Assembly (NCBI RefSeq): GCF_006345805.1
Contig: NW_021824954.1
Coordinates: 434,001 to 498,000, forward strand
Length of the DNA: 64,000 nt
Source: Octopus sinensis
Lineage: Eukaryota
Reading direction: 5' to 3'
Numbering within the stretch: position 1 is the stretch's first letter; the number at the start of each line of letters is the position of its first letter. The notes below the pieces were generated by a model. The model searched no databases, was not told where the DNA came from, and saw only the letters and a program-made list of their open reading frames with translations. Below, one piece after another: positions 12,632 through 24,484 of this stretch. A program made the position numbers and the translations under genes.

Positions 12632-14425
12632 TATAACTGTTCAATATTTGCTAGACTGATGCAAATTTCTACTGCATCACCTGCTAATCTCCGTGTTGTT
12701 CTGTTGTGTGCAGCATTGTGTGTTAGTTTCTGCTGTTGGGAGTGTGCAAACTCTTCCTGGTACTGTATTGTGTTAGTCCTTCTTTTCTCTTGAGGTGTGG
12801 TGCAGCCTTTTGTCGTGTTACTGCTTGTATTGTGTGTTGAGTGTCCAATGCGTTTGGTGTTTTGGCTTGCTGGTAGAAGTTTATTTCACTTGGTAAATGC
12901 TGTATAGATTGTGTCTTGTATTTGTGGGTTGTTTTGTTTAGGTTGTCTTATTGAATTGATAGTGTCTTGCGTAGGATGTGGGCTGTTTCCAGTGGGGCTA
13001 TGTTTTGAACAGTGTATTGTGTTGAGAATCCAGGTATAGCTTCTACGTTTTTATACACATGTTCTTTTACGCTCCGATTATTATTTATGTCTTTATTGTC
13101 CACAGGGGGCTAAACATAGAGGGGACAAACAAGGAAGAAAAAGGGATGAAGTCGATTACATCGACTTCAGTGTATAACTGGTATATATTTAATCGATCCC
13201 GAAAGGATGAATGGTAAAGTCGAACTCGGCGGAATTTGAACTCAGAATGTAACGACAGACAAAATACTGCCAAGCATTTTGCCCTGCGTGCTAACGTTTC
13301 TGCCAGCTCGCCGCTAACGTTTCTGCCTGCTCCGATTATTATTGGTTTTGTTTTTACCTTCCTGCCACACATCTTGAATACTTCAATTACAAGGTCTTTG
13401 TACTTTAACAATTTCTCCACTTCTTTTTGGGCAATATTTTGATCAGAAGGGACTGCAATGTCTATCAGTAAGCAGGGGTCTTTTTTCCCAATCCTTGATT
13501 ATTATGTCTGGGCGATTAACCTTTATTTCTTTGTCGGTTTGAACCAGCATGTCCCAGATGATTGTAGCCTGGTCGTTGTCTTGTACATTGTTTGGCACAT
13601 GCTTATACCACCTGTTGTCAATTTTAATGTTGTAATGTTGGTCATATTGTCCAGTGGATATAACTGCTTACTCTGTCGTGTCTGTATATATATATACAAA
13701 CTTGGCAAGGACTGGGCAGCCCGAAATGATGTGGTCAACTGTCTCATTGTGCTGGTTGCACATTCTGCATTTGGTGTTGCGGCATGTTTTCATAATTGAT
13801 TGTAATCAGGTATTGGTCTTGTGCAGCGAGAATCAGTACTTCCGTTTCAGTTTTTAGTCCAGAGCTTTTCAGTCGTGATTGGCTTTTACTTAGGCTCATT
13901 TCATCTCTGTCAAGCCTTGCAGGGTATTGGCCACGAAGTGATTGTTCTCTCCATTTCTTCTGCAGCATCTTTTGTAATTCTGTTTTCATGTTGTCGTTTT
14001 TTGCCTCTTTGACCATTTCTGCTATGTTGTCATCTGAGGTCAGTATGTCAGCGTAGTTTGTTTCTATTTTGTATTTTGTCGCCTCCTTGTGTATAGAGAT
14101 GAGTGTTTTCTTTTTGTCGTGTTGCTTTACTACATGCAGTTGTCTTCCACTGTTTATTTCTAAGTGCTTACCTCGTCCAACTGCTGTTATTTTATAGTAG
14201 ATATCTATCTATATCAAGCCACGGCCTCCTTCTGAACGGGGTAGATATATTCTATCCGAGTCTGCTTTGGGGTGGTGACTTCGGTACGCTGTTAGTAGAT
14301 TTCTGGATTTTCTATCTAGGTTTCTCAATTCACTGATCTTCCAGTTTATTGTGTTAAAGCTGTAATTTATGACTGTTATGGCTAGCGTGTTTATCCCGAT
14401 TATCTCTTCTGTATCTACTAAAATA
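12632..14425 (-). mobile_element. R4/Dong-like LINE, 3' part (post-RT, RLE domain, 3' UTR)
   Basis: IIGINTLA..NW...LDRK, WREQSLRGQY, LILAAQDQ, KPDIIIKD, EKLLKYKDL, PIIIGA and TAHILRKTLSIQ* read on the minus strand. Ends at a (GAA)n tract. Confidence 0.9.
13086..13328 (-). mobile_element. Full-length family A SINE inserted in the Dong ORF with a 15-bp target-site duplication
   Basis: GCTCCGATTATTATT at both 13071-13085 and 13329-13343. A-box-like tggcagaaacgtt and B-box-like gagttcaaattcc on the minus strand. Confidence 0.92.
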
Positions 14426-14429
14426 TATT

Positions 14430-14918
14430 AAACATGCAAAGGCAAACTGGAAAACCAGTATAACATTTAAAAAATGACTCACAAGTTATTAAAACCTACG
14501 CTATGCTAATAAGAAAAGGGATTTTCCAGAGAGACTCATTGTCCTTCCTGCTTTTCTACCTTTCTCTGATACTACTAACAAACTTGTTAAACGAAACCAT
14601 CATGTGTTATTGGTGCTATGGACGAAAAATAAGCCATCTCCTGTACATGGATGACGTAAAACATTTCACTGAAAACACTATAAACAGAGGAACCTTATCG
14701 AAATTGTCCAGAGTTTCAGCAATGACATTGGAATAAGCGTAGGGTTGGACAAATGTACCAGAGCCACACGGAGAAAAAGCAAATTATTCAGCACTGAAAA
14801 TACTGCATTCGACACAGACACAGAAATTAGGGAATTAGACCACAACCGCCAATACAAATATCTAGGAATAGACGAAGCAGCTAAAATACAACACACAGAA
14901 ATGGAGGAGAAAATTTAT
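14430..14918 (+). mobile_element. Inverted internal RT segment of the same Dong-like LINE
   Basis: GIFQRDSLS, HLLYMDDVK and YKYLGIDE on the + strand, filling the gap between two minus-strand pieces. Confidence 0.85.
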
Positions 14919-14975
14919 CAGGTTTTCAACTTTCTTGTCCATGCTTGGCCAGTATACGAAATTTCGCATCAGTGT

Positions 14976-15300
14976 GGAACATTGAAGAATGCTTTCTGGT
15001 AATCAATCCAAGTGATCTTCAGTTTTGTCTTTCTCTTCTTACAATCCTATATAACGACTCGGTTTACTACAACTATACATCCCTCACGGGTACCCTTTTT
15101 GCTCTTCTGGTAAAGCATTGTTGTTTTCTGGGTGCTTTATAAACCGGTTATTGATGACTGATGTTAGGGTTTTGTAGGATGTTGATAGGCATGTTATTGG
15201 TCTGTAATTCTGTGGGTTTACGGTATCTTTGTTTTTGTGAATTAGGGTGGTTTGTCCTTCTAGCATCCAGTTTGGTGTTCATTCCAGCTCATTGTTGTAC
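14976..15300 (-). mobile_element. Dong-like LINE, RT N-terminal segment
   Basis: PNWMLEGQTTLIHK...NYRPITCL...EEQKG...WIDYQKAFFNVPH. Confidence 0.88.
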
Positions 15301-15302
15301 AG

Positions 15303-15639
15303 TGAAATTGTACACCTCTCCCGGTAAAAAGTGGTAGTTGCCAGCCATTATAAATTGACCAGTAGCCGGTCGACAGTGGAAGACAAGAGAAGGTCGAAGG
15401 TTGAGAGTACGTGTAGACTGTGTTGATAGTCGTGTCTGTGCTGATTAGTAATTATACTGTGATACTGAGTGGACGTTATAACGATTCAACTGTTTGAGGA
15501 TAATAACACTGTACAACTGGGTCGTACAGTGTCAGATAGAAACATTCTATGGACGACTTCAGAATATAACAATATCTGTCAGAACGACAACCGTTGTCAA
15601 AACACAGATACAACAGTGGCTAAAGACCGCTTTACCACA
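15303..15639 (+). repeat. 5' LTR (first ~40 bp missing)
   Basis: Aligns by eye to 17285-17814 once the SINE is removed; ends ...ctttaccaca immediately before the PBS. Confidence 0.88.
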
Positions 15640-16039
15640 GTGGCGAGGAGGAAAAACAAACTTACGAGGAATGAAAAATAAAAAATAAACATTCACACGG
15701 AGAGTTTAAACTAATTTACGTGTACCATTAAGTACCTCGATAAAAAAGAAACAAAATCTTGTGCAAACTTACGAAAATCGTAAAATATGGAAAACATTTT
15801 AGCTGAGATAGTTGAGTTGCAAAAGCAGCAACAACAACTCACGGAACAACGGGAACTATAACAAAGAAAATGTTACAACTAATGAAGTTGATAACCAAAC
15901 TGGAGAATACATGTGGAAAATTCCATAAGCGGATTCAAACATGACCCCGACGAAGGAGTAACCTTCGAGGCTTAGTTCAAAGATTTCAACATAACAAATT
16001 TATTAATGATACAAAAAGAAAACTGTGGTCGACAAAAGG

Positions 16040-16830
16040 AAATAAAAAAGGTCTGATGCAAAGAACCGCCAAGGTGTGAACGTGTACTCTATATGTGATG
16101 GTGTACTGATGTACGTTCAGCGGGTGGTCATACCACAGACATTACAGAAGAGAATGCTGAAAGAGTTTCATGTGGGACATCTAGGCATCTCTAGAATGAA
16201 AACACTGATGCGAAATTTCGTATACTGGCCAAGTATGGACAAGAAAGTTGAAAACCTGGTAAAAGGCTGCAGGGGATGTGCGCTGGCAGTGAAACTACCT
16301 ACTACAAAATGTGAACCTTGGCCGGAAGTGAAAATACCATGGTCCTGATTGCATATCGATTTTGCAAGCCCGGTAAATGGATATTATTGCTTAGTAGTAG
16401 TAGACAGCTATACAAAATGGCATGAGGTCGCGAGGTATAAATGACCAATCTCATATACAGTAATAAACTTCTTACACGGGCTGTTCGCAAGATTTGGTGT
16501 ACCGGATATAATTGTCTCTGATAACAGAACACAGTTTGTATCCTGTGAGTTTAAAAGACTCTGTGAGATGTTCATGTTAGAACATAAAACTATAGCACCG
16601 TATCACCCTAGATCGAATGGACGGGCTGAATGGTTCGTGGACACTTTTAAGAGAGCTTTAAAGAAAGCTGATAAGGAAGCCACGGACGAGATTGCGATTT
16701 AACAATTCTTAAGTGTATACATGGTAACTCTGAACCCAAATCCGCCAGAAGGTAGCTCAGCAGTAGAATTAATGTTTGCCAGAAAGGTGAAGGCAGTATT
16801 CGATAAACTGTTACCAGTGAAGAAAAAAAT
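16040..16830 (+). pseudogene. Gypsy integrase pseudogene
   Basis: RVVIPQTLQKRMLKEFHVGHLG...YWP..C..C, HIDFA, FARFGVPDIIVSDN and HPRSNGRAEWFVDTFKRAL, with stops and frameshifts. Confidence 0.9.
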
Positions 16831-17170
16831 GTACTAGTAAAGACATGCCAACATTCTTTAGAATTGGTGATAAGATATATGTAAGAATGTACAAAAATGG
16901 CAAGCAATACTGGGGAGGAGAAATTGTAACATACATACGAAGAGCGATGTATGGTGTAACAAGCAGAAATGGAATGGAAAGAAGGCATAGAAATTAGCTT
17001 ATGGAAAGAGTCATAGAAAAGGAACCAACAAGAATAGAAATACCGATGGATTGGCTATATGACACTTTTCAAATTGAAACACCGTTGCACGAAGTCGAAA
17101 CCACGCGTATAAAGAAAGGGAAGAACATTGAATTCCTAGAAGTAGATCCTAATAAGAAATTCTACTGAGT

Positions 17171-17238
<68 letters not shown>

Positions 17239-17250
17239 ATAAAGAGGAGG

Positions 17251-17814
17251 TGTGGTGAATAAAAGGAATTGATTGTTAAATAAAATAATTGTATTTCCTT
17301 AATGCACACAGGGGGATAAACATAGAGGGGACAAACAAGGACAGACAAGGGGATTAAGTCGATCACATCGACCCCAGTGATTAACTGGTACTTATTCAAT
17401 CGACCCCGAAAGGATGAAAGGCAAAGACGACCTCAGCGGAATTTGAACTCAGTAGGTAACGGCAGACGAAATACACTAAGCATTTCGCTCGGCACCCCTC
17501 TCGGTAAAAAGTGGTAGTCGCCAGCCATTATAAATAGGCCAGTAGCCTGTCGACTGTCGAGAGAAGGTCGAAGGTCGATAGTACGTGTAGACTGTGTTGG
17601 TAGTCGTGTCTGTGCTGATATAGTAATAATACTGTATTACTGAGTGGATGTTATAACGATCCAACTGTTTGAGGATAATAACACTGTACGACTGGGGGGT
17701 CGTCCAGTGCCAGATAGAAACATTCTATTGTCTTCGGAATATAACAATATCTGTCAGAGTGACAACCGTGGTCAAAAGACAGATACAACAATGGCTAAAG
17801 ACCGCTTTACCACA
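17251..17814 (+). repeat. 3' LTR containing a SINE insertion (17294-17494, minus strand)
   Basis: Begins TG directly after the PPT and ends CA, with a 9-bp imperfect terminal inverted repeat. The family A SINE segment is absent from the 5' LTR. Confidence 0.88.
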
Positions 17815-18765
17815 CTTATCAATAAATTGAACGCTGCCGCTAAAGTGGTTATGGGTACTGGTAAGGTGTTTTAACCTGAAATTGGGGACCTTGACTATAC
17901 CTGGAGTTTATCAGTTGCTGGTACTCCTCAGTGTGTCCATGATCTCTTGGCCTGGTGATGGTGGGCCATATCTCTTGTTCTATTGTGTTCTTCCTTTCCT
18001 TTTCTCTATTAATCCACTGATCATTTTTGTTGTGTTTTTTGGTTTGCTCCATATTGCTTCCTGGTATGACTGAATCGCTTATGTTGTTGGTATGGCATCT
18101 ATTGATATAGTTTTTTAAAACTTTTTATAAGATCTTTTTGTGTTTATTTTGAATTCGCTATTATGCGGCAAGTTTTTGCTACTATGCTCTGTTTATTTTT
18201 TCTTTTACCTCCCAGGTATCTTCTTTATGTTTTATGTTGTATTGTTTTGTTATATAGGTCATTTTTTAATATTTTTCATATCGATTCTGTTTCTCTATTT
18301 CACAAGCTAGTGACAAGTCTTTCTTGTTTTTGAATTTTATTTATTATGATCTGTTTCCATTTTGGGGTTTGAGATTTGGTAGGAATTTTTTTCTTTGTAA
18401 GGGTCAAGTTCAGTTTTCCTGGATATCACTATAGCTGTTGAGTTGACCAAGTCATTTAGTTTGTTGATATTTGGTGTACCTTTTGATATGGTCATTAGTA
18501 CTTGTAAGGCTCTGTTGTATTTATCTATCCTTTCATACAGCTGTTTATTTTTCTATAGCCTGGGAAGGTGTTTACGCTGGTCCATATTTATCGGCTGTGT
18601 GATGTTTAGTTCTTTTAGTTTTGTCATTTCTACAGTCAGTTCGTCGCTATCCTCGGTTATAGCTGGTGTGTTATGGCGTGTGTTATTTTGTTTCTTGCTT
18701 TGTTCTTCAGTTTTCGCTTGTCTATGTGTGTTGTTGATTTGCTGTGCTGTTCTATTTGTTTCTGG

Positions 18766-18770
<5 letters not shown>
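17815..18770 (-). mobile_element. Dong-like LINE, 5' (N-terminal) part, starting at an (AAT)n tract
   Basis: Minus-strand coding remnants (DQWINREKE..EQEIWPTI, PG..QV..F..K.L) that continue into 15300-14976 across the Gypsy insertion. Confidence 0.75.
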
Positions 18771-18812
<42 letters not shown>

Positions 18813-18828
18813 CATTATTATTATTATT

Positions 18829-19350
18829 GAGCGAGAGAGCAGCGTATGCCATCAAAGTGACACTGGGGTACAATTATACGAAGCCCAAATTACCCATCAT
18901 AACTACCCTTCTGATAAAGGTAAACCAAGCATATGTGCGCGACATGATAATCTTATATCAAGATAAACAACACATGACCTTACAGGTGAGGCCTAGTTAG
19001 AATTTTCATCAGGTCGAGTAGCCCATCCCGCTCAAAAGGTCCCTGAATAAGGTTTATTTAAAGATGATGAACTAAACACCCATGTTTCCAGAGGTGAGTT
19101 ATTCAAACCCCAAAGAATTCCTCTAAACACATGGATATGATGTTCCCCAACTACTTCTACTCGTGATCAGAGGTGCACATATCGTCAGCCACCAAGGGAC
19201 ATGCTCAACTGGTTAAGGTCAAGCAACTGACAAGCAAATCTGTGCTACTGAGCAGAATATTTACTGTAGCCCATCTTTTATACCAAGACAAAACAATGTA
19301 CATGATAACACTTCCAAAATCAGAAACTAGGAGAGCCACTGCGTCAGGGC
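18829..19350 (-). mobile_element. ~515-bp non-coding interspersed element (family C) with an (AAT)n tail
   Basis: Homologous copies at 28473, 28782 and 43631 share the 5' end GCCCTGATGCAGT and the 3' end ...gctctctc(a/g)ctc(aat)n. Confidence 0.85.
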
Positions 19351-19392
19351 ATTTTATTGTTGCTATTGTTGTTGTTGTTATTATTATTATAT

Positions 19393-19499
19393 GTACTAGC
19401 TACGGCGGTACATATTCTAAAATTGGAACCATACAGAGAAGATTAGCATGGCCCCTGCGTAAGGCTGACACGGAAATTCGTGAAGCGTTCCATAGTTTT
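19393..19499 (+). ncRNA. U6: Full-length U6 snRNA copy (probable retrocopy or variant)
   Basis: 107 nt, colinear without indels with the recalled metazoan U6. ACAGAGA box and AGC triad are intact; about 11 substitutions versus the recalled human sequence; no recognisable upstream promoter. Confidence 0.93.
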
Positions 19500-19505
19500 C
19501 TTATA

Positions 19506-19883
19506 GGCGCAGGAGTGGCTGTGTAGTAACTAGCTTGCTTACCAACCACATGGTTCCAGGTTCAGTTTCACTGCGTGGCACCTTGAGCAAGTGCCTTCTA
19601 CTATAGCCTAGGGCCGATTAAAAACTTGTGAATAGATTTGGTAGACGGAAACTGAAAGAAGCCCGTCGTATGTGTGTGTGTGCATATGTTTGTGCATGTG
19701 TTTGTCCTCCCACCGCTTGACAACCGATGCTGCTCTGTTTACGTTCCGTTATCTAGCGGTTCGGCAAGAAGAGACCGATAGAATAAGTACTAGTCTTATA
19801 AAGAATAAGTCCGGGGTTGATTTGTCCGACTAAAGGAGGTGCTCCAGCATGGCCGCGGTCAAATGACTAAAACAAATAAAAGA
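19506..19883 (+). mobile_element. Full-length tRNA-derived SINE (family B) with an internal microsatellite
   Basis: ggcgcaggagtggctgtg...ggttcagt head, ccttgagcaagtg core and gctccagcatggccgc...aaatgact tail, as in the copies at 31930, 34333 and 44745. Confidence 0.9.
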
Positions 19884-20789
19884 ATATATATATACACGTA
19901 TGCATGTATACATATAGGTATGGATACATACATAATATATACATATATATACACACATAATTGTCACTAATTGTGACTGAGTGGTGGGTAGCACCTATAT
20001 TGCTAGAAATAAGAGTTAAAAACGCTTAGAGCCACAAGAAAGCATATTTTCATATACTGACAGGGGAGATAACCGCCCCACAACGAAGCTAGATCTCTAT
20101 ACTAGACTAATTTCGTTTGAAAATTAAATATTACAATTGAATTTTTCCTTTTTGGTTTTATATTGCGTATAGCTGCGTTCGTTATTTTGCAATTTTCACG
20201 TTAGCATTTTGCTGAATCAGCCATAAATTCTTATGGTAAATATATAGACTGACAGTCAGGATTTAGCCTAACCATTCTGCGATGGAATAATCACTCTCTG
20301 TGTGTGAAAAAAAAATTAATATATGTATATATGTTTGTACATACACACACGCACACACATACATACAATAAATACATCAATACATACATATGTATAAACA
20401 TACAGTATGGAAGAATCATTTTAACAATTCAAGAACATTTTTTATATTCAGTTTTGTTTTGTAGTCGTCCACTGAAGAACTAAGAAAAAGTAAACAAAAC
20501 ATTATTTTTGATCAGAGGTTTGAATTTTGCAAAGTATCGAAATCATTCTATTATCCCTGTTCTCTGAACGTAATTTTGTTCAAATATACCCTCCTAATCT
20601 TGTACAACAATCCGTTAATCACAAGCGATTATGGCTTGGTAACAAGTACCATACTTTCTTTACTTGTTTCGGGTAGTTATGTAGTTGCGAACAGATGCAG
20701 ACATTCTCTTAGTCTTATCATCCTTGACTTAGCAGAACAACCTGGATGTGGCAACCGGTAGAAGAAAGGACTACCCGCTCACCTTGGAT

Positions 20790-20935
20790 GGTACTCATTA
20801 CTGTTGAGAAGACTGGAGCAATGTGAAATTAAGTGCCTTGTTCGAGGACACAACGCTCTATTGGATCTATGAATTGAACCCACGACCTTATGATCATGAC
20901 CTGATTACTCTAACCACTAAGCCATGCGCATTCAC
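20790..20935 (-). mobile_element. Old tRNA-derived SINE fragment (third family)
   Basis: Reverse complement reads gtgaatgcgcatggcttagtggttagag...gggttcaattc...gtgtcctcgaacaaggcact. Confidence 0.7.
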
Positions 20936-22065
20936 TAAGAATCCTGTCTATGTTCGTGTGTGTTGTGCGCGCGCACGCACACATGCACATGCATAAACAC
21001 ACACACATACACTCGGGCACGTACACATACATATATAATCTGAGAAGTGAATGAACTACAAATTATGAGCTACCACAGTTCTCTAAAATGGAAGATTAGC
21101 AAAACAGCTAAAAGCAAATGTACGATCAACGCAGTGGAAGTAACGAACGACGAAAAATCTCGAAAATAGGTGCGAGCAATTAGTTGAGAAAGATTCCACG
21201 ATAAAAATTCTGGCATTCTTCAAAATATTCTTGGAGAAGTGTGAACCTCATATTTCCTGATCATATTGAAAATACCAAAATAGAGTAGCGTGGCAAGACT
21301 TGAAAAGCAAGAATTGTTTGTTCAGGAAGGCATCCGCTTCTCTTGTTTCCTCTCGTAAGTTTGATTAATTTGATGAAGCTAATTTCAAAGACTCAAGGAG
21401 CCGCTCGTTGTTATGTCGCTGTTTTTGTTTAGTTTTCGTGAAACATAATCGGGCAGATCTCTGAATAAAGATTTTCATCCGTGACCATCCCATCTTATTT
21501 ATCCATGACGTCATCCTTCATTGGATAACGATGGATAGGCAGAATCAGTGGAGCGCCGGTTTGGTTTCGCTTCTTTATGTTTCAATTCAAATCCTGCTGA
21601 GGTCAGCTTGCCGTCCACTCTTTCGGAGCTCAATAAAATATTGTACCATTTGTGTACAAGAGTCGATATAATCAGCTGTTTCCTTTCTTCAGTTTTGAGA
21701 TCACGCGTCTATATGAAAAATCATTATTCACTGTGTTCTTACTTTTTTTTCCACACGGTAAGATGTGATATAAAGGAGATTCCGCTGTTGTTTCTAGAGT
21801 TAGATTCCGACTTTGTGGTTGAGTATGTCTGGCTATGTTGACTATGTGACATATCACAAAGCTGTGCCTACTTAAATCTACTGGTGATAAGATACAGAAG
21901 CTTAACATCTTGGTTGATTGTTCTATACTCAGTTATATCAGCGACCCATGCTTTCAATAGCGATGATCAAGAGTGTGAGGTAATTCGGATAGCCCTCAGT
22001 TCATCACAGGGTTGAGTTAGTAGGATACTAAAGCTATTTCCTGGTTAATATTACAAGTCAACCCG

Positions 22066-22265
22066 AAAGCGGCGAGCTGGCAGAGTCGTTAGTACGCCGG
22101 TTAAAATACCTAGAGACGTTCCATCTCTAAGTCCAAATTCTGCTGAGGTCGACTTTGCATTTCATGTTTTTTGAGTCGATAAAATAAAAGCACCAGTTAA
22201 ATACTGAGGTCGATCTAATCAACTTACGAAATCGCTGGCCTTGCGCCAAAATTTAAAATCAATAT
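22066..22265 (+). mobile_element. Family A SINE
   Basis: gcggcgagctggcagagtcgttagtacgccgg...gaggtcgactttgc...gtcgat. Confidence 0.85.
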
Positions 22266-22749
22266 TACCACCCAGTCCTTATTTTTAGTGGAGTCCACTT
22301 TGTAAGCATTTGGATGCAAGTTGTCTGCTGTATAAGAATACCTTCTCTCTTTACAACTAGTCATAGAGGTACGGCTAAGTGTTATGGTCACAACCTTTGA
22401 TTAATACTAAATGATAGCAAGCCAGTTTCTTTCTTTCACTTATTGTTTGTTTCATTCATCACTTGTTTTTGTTTTTCTTTCCTTTCTTTTGTCGAAGTGT
22501 TCTTACTTATAAAACTCTTATTAGAATTATATCTGACTTCAAATTTAAAGCAACAGGGATTAAATTACGCTTTAAATTAAGCAGTAATTATAAGGAGTAA
22601 AGACCACTCCAACCTTGACTTTCTGTTTTTAGTGCACTTGCAACTGTCAAAGACGAAATAAACAATATGGACTCAGTATCGATACCGATACTGAATGCTT
22701 TAGTGTTATTATCTCATTATCAAAGCTACTAGCGGAGTCTCTACGTGGT

Positions 22750-22910
22750 AATGTTGGTGTGCTTTCGTCCCCGTAACTTAGTGGTTCAGCAAAAGAGACC
22801 GATAGAATAAGTACTAGGCTTACAAAGAATAAGTCATGCGGTCGATTTGTTCGATTAAAGGCGGTGCTCCAGCATGGCCGCAATCAAATGACTGAAACAA
22901 GTAAAGGAAT
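22750..22910 (+). mobile_element. Family B SINE, 3' half
   Basis: gtccccgtaacttagtggttcagcaaaagagaccgatagaataagtactagg...aaatgactgaaacaagtaaa. Confidence 0.88.
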
Positions 22911-22913
22911 ACA

Positions 22914-22946
<33 letters not shown>

Positions 22947-23224
22947 TTCTATATATATATATATATATATACAGAAGCAAAAATATCGAAAGCCATTCTC
23001 TATCTTGAATTAATAATTTGTCAACGATGAGTTTTAATTTTTGCTAAAACCTCAAATTATATTTTTAAAGTCTACGACATCCCTAGATACAAATTGTAGC
23101 GAACTAGCATATCATAGCACTCCGTCTGTTGACAACGACTGACCTAAAATAAAACGGAATGATCACAGCGGAAAAGACTTAGATGATAAATTTATTCGTT
23201 TGGAGCTAGCCACCCTTGGTGCTA

Positions 23225-23227
23225 TGT

Positions 23228-23274
<47 letters not shown>

Positions 23275-23348
23275 CCTTACTACAGGTAACTGTTGTAGCT
23301 CAGCCGCCACTACTACCACCACCACAACCACTACCACTACCGCCCCCT

Positions 23349-23387
<39 letters not shown>

Positions 23388-24170
23388 CAACATAACAACA
23401 TCTATGCTAGCAGCAGCCACAGCAGTAGCACCACTACCATCACTATCACTAACTCCACAACAACCACAGCTACTGCTATCACCAACGCCACCACACCCAC
23501 CGTTACTATTATCACCACCATCAGAACAACAGAGCAACAACAACGACAACAACAATATATTGCTATGGCTGTTTATTTATGTTTACGCGTATTTGCACGT
23601 TGCCTGTCACGTTACCATCGTCATCCAACATTGCTGGGTCGAGCTATCCTTGCTAGTCTTCCATCCCTCGACAACAGCACACTGTGACCACACTGATGCC
23701 TCAGAATGGCAAATTTTGTTTTCTTACCTCAGGAGAAACAACAGCAACAACAATAATAATTATAACAACAATAGCAACACCAGGGACAACAACAACAGTA
23801 GCAGCAACAGCAATAACAGGTAAGGTAGTACAGAAATAACAACGGATTGTAGCGTCATGGATAAAAAGAAACTGCAACAGCAACATGACAGCGATGACAG
23901 CAGCAGCAATCAAATGAAGCAATTATAAAATGGAAGCTACAACTGCCATAACAGAAACTATAAATACAAGATATATAACAACACTTGTAGCATCAGCTAT
24001 AACAACAACAACAACAACAGCAGCAGCAATAACAGCTGTAATATCGACAGCAGCAACATCAGAAACAATTACAACAACATCAGAAATAGCAACAGCAATA
24101 GTAGCTGAGCAACAGGCACAACAAGAAAAACAGCGAGAATGACAACAGAACGTGTTGTTCTATATATCGA
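23225..24170. repeat. ~950-bp cryptic trinucleotide low-complexity tract (CAA/CTA/CAC/CAG)
   Basis: Direct reading; the ORFs here are compositional. Confidence 0.85.
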
Positions 24171-24484
24171 CGTGAATATAGATTACAAGGACATCAACGG
24201 CAACGGAGGACAACGACACTAAAAAAAAGTTATACATGGCAAAGTAAGCTTTGATGTTTAATAAGGAGATACACAGGGTGAAGTAATTAACTCCAGTTTA
24301 TTTCTCGCCATCAATATTTGCTCCATCTGATTCCACCTCCACCCACCAACTTATCCATCGCTATCTACCTGCCTACTCTATACAGTGTAACATTTACACA
24401 CCGAAACAAGGATACAGGAACGTCTGACCTGAATAATAATCATAATTATAATGATTTCAAATTTTGGTACACGACCATTAATTC

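Larger units (their letters stand above)
15303..17814 (+). mobile_element. Ty3/Gypsy LTR retrotransposon (Mag-like), internally deleted: gag remnant joined to integrase, no PR-RT-RNH
   Basis: Two homologous LTRs (15303-15639 partial; 17251-17814, TGTGGTGAA...TTTACCACA). PBS-like TGGCGAGGAGG at 15641 and PPT AAAGAGGAGG at 17241-17250. Integrase zinc finger H..GHLG..WP..C..C and catalytic HIDF / SDN / YHPRSNG.AE motifs. Confidence 0.92.

Noticed and set aside
19506-19580. tRNA genes at SINE heads
   Set aside because: A/B-box-like motifs only, with no complete cloverleaf, and they continue into SINE bodies.
23404-24142. Q/P/N/T-rich ORFs as a host protein
   Set aside because: Pure trinucleotide low complexity, with no splice signals or domain.
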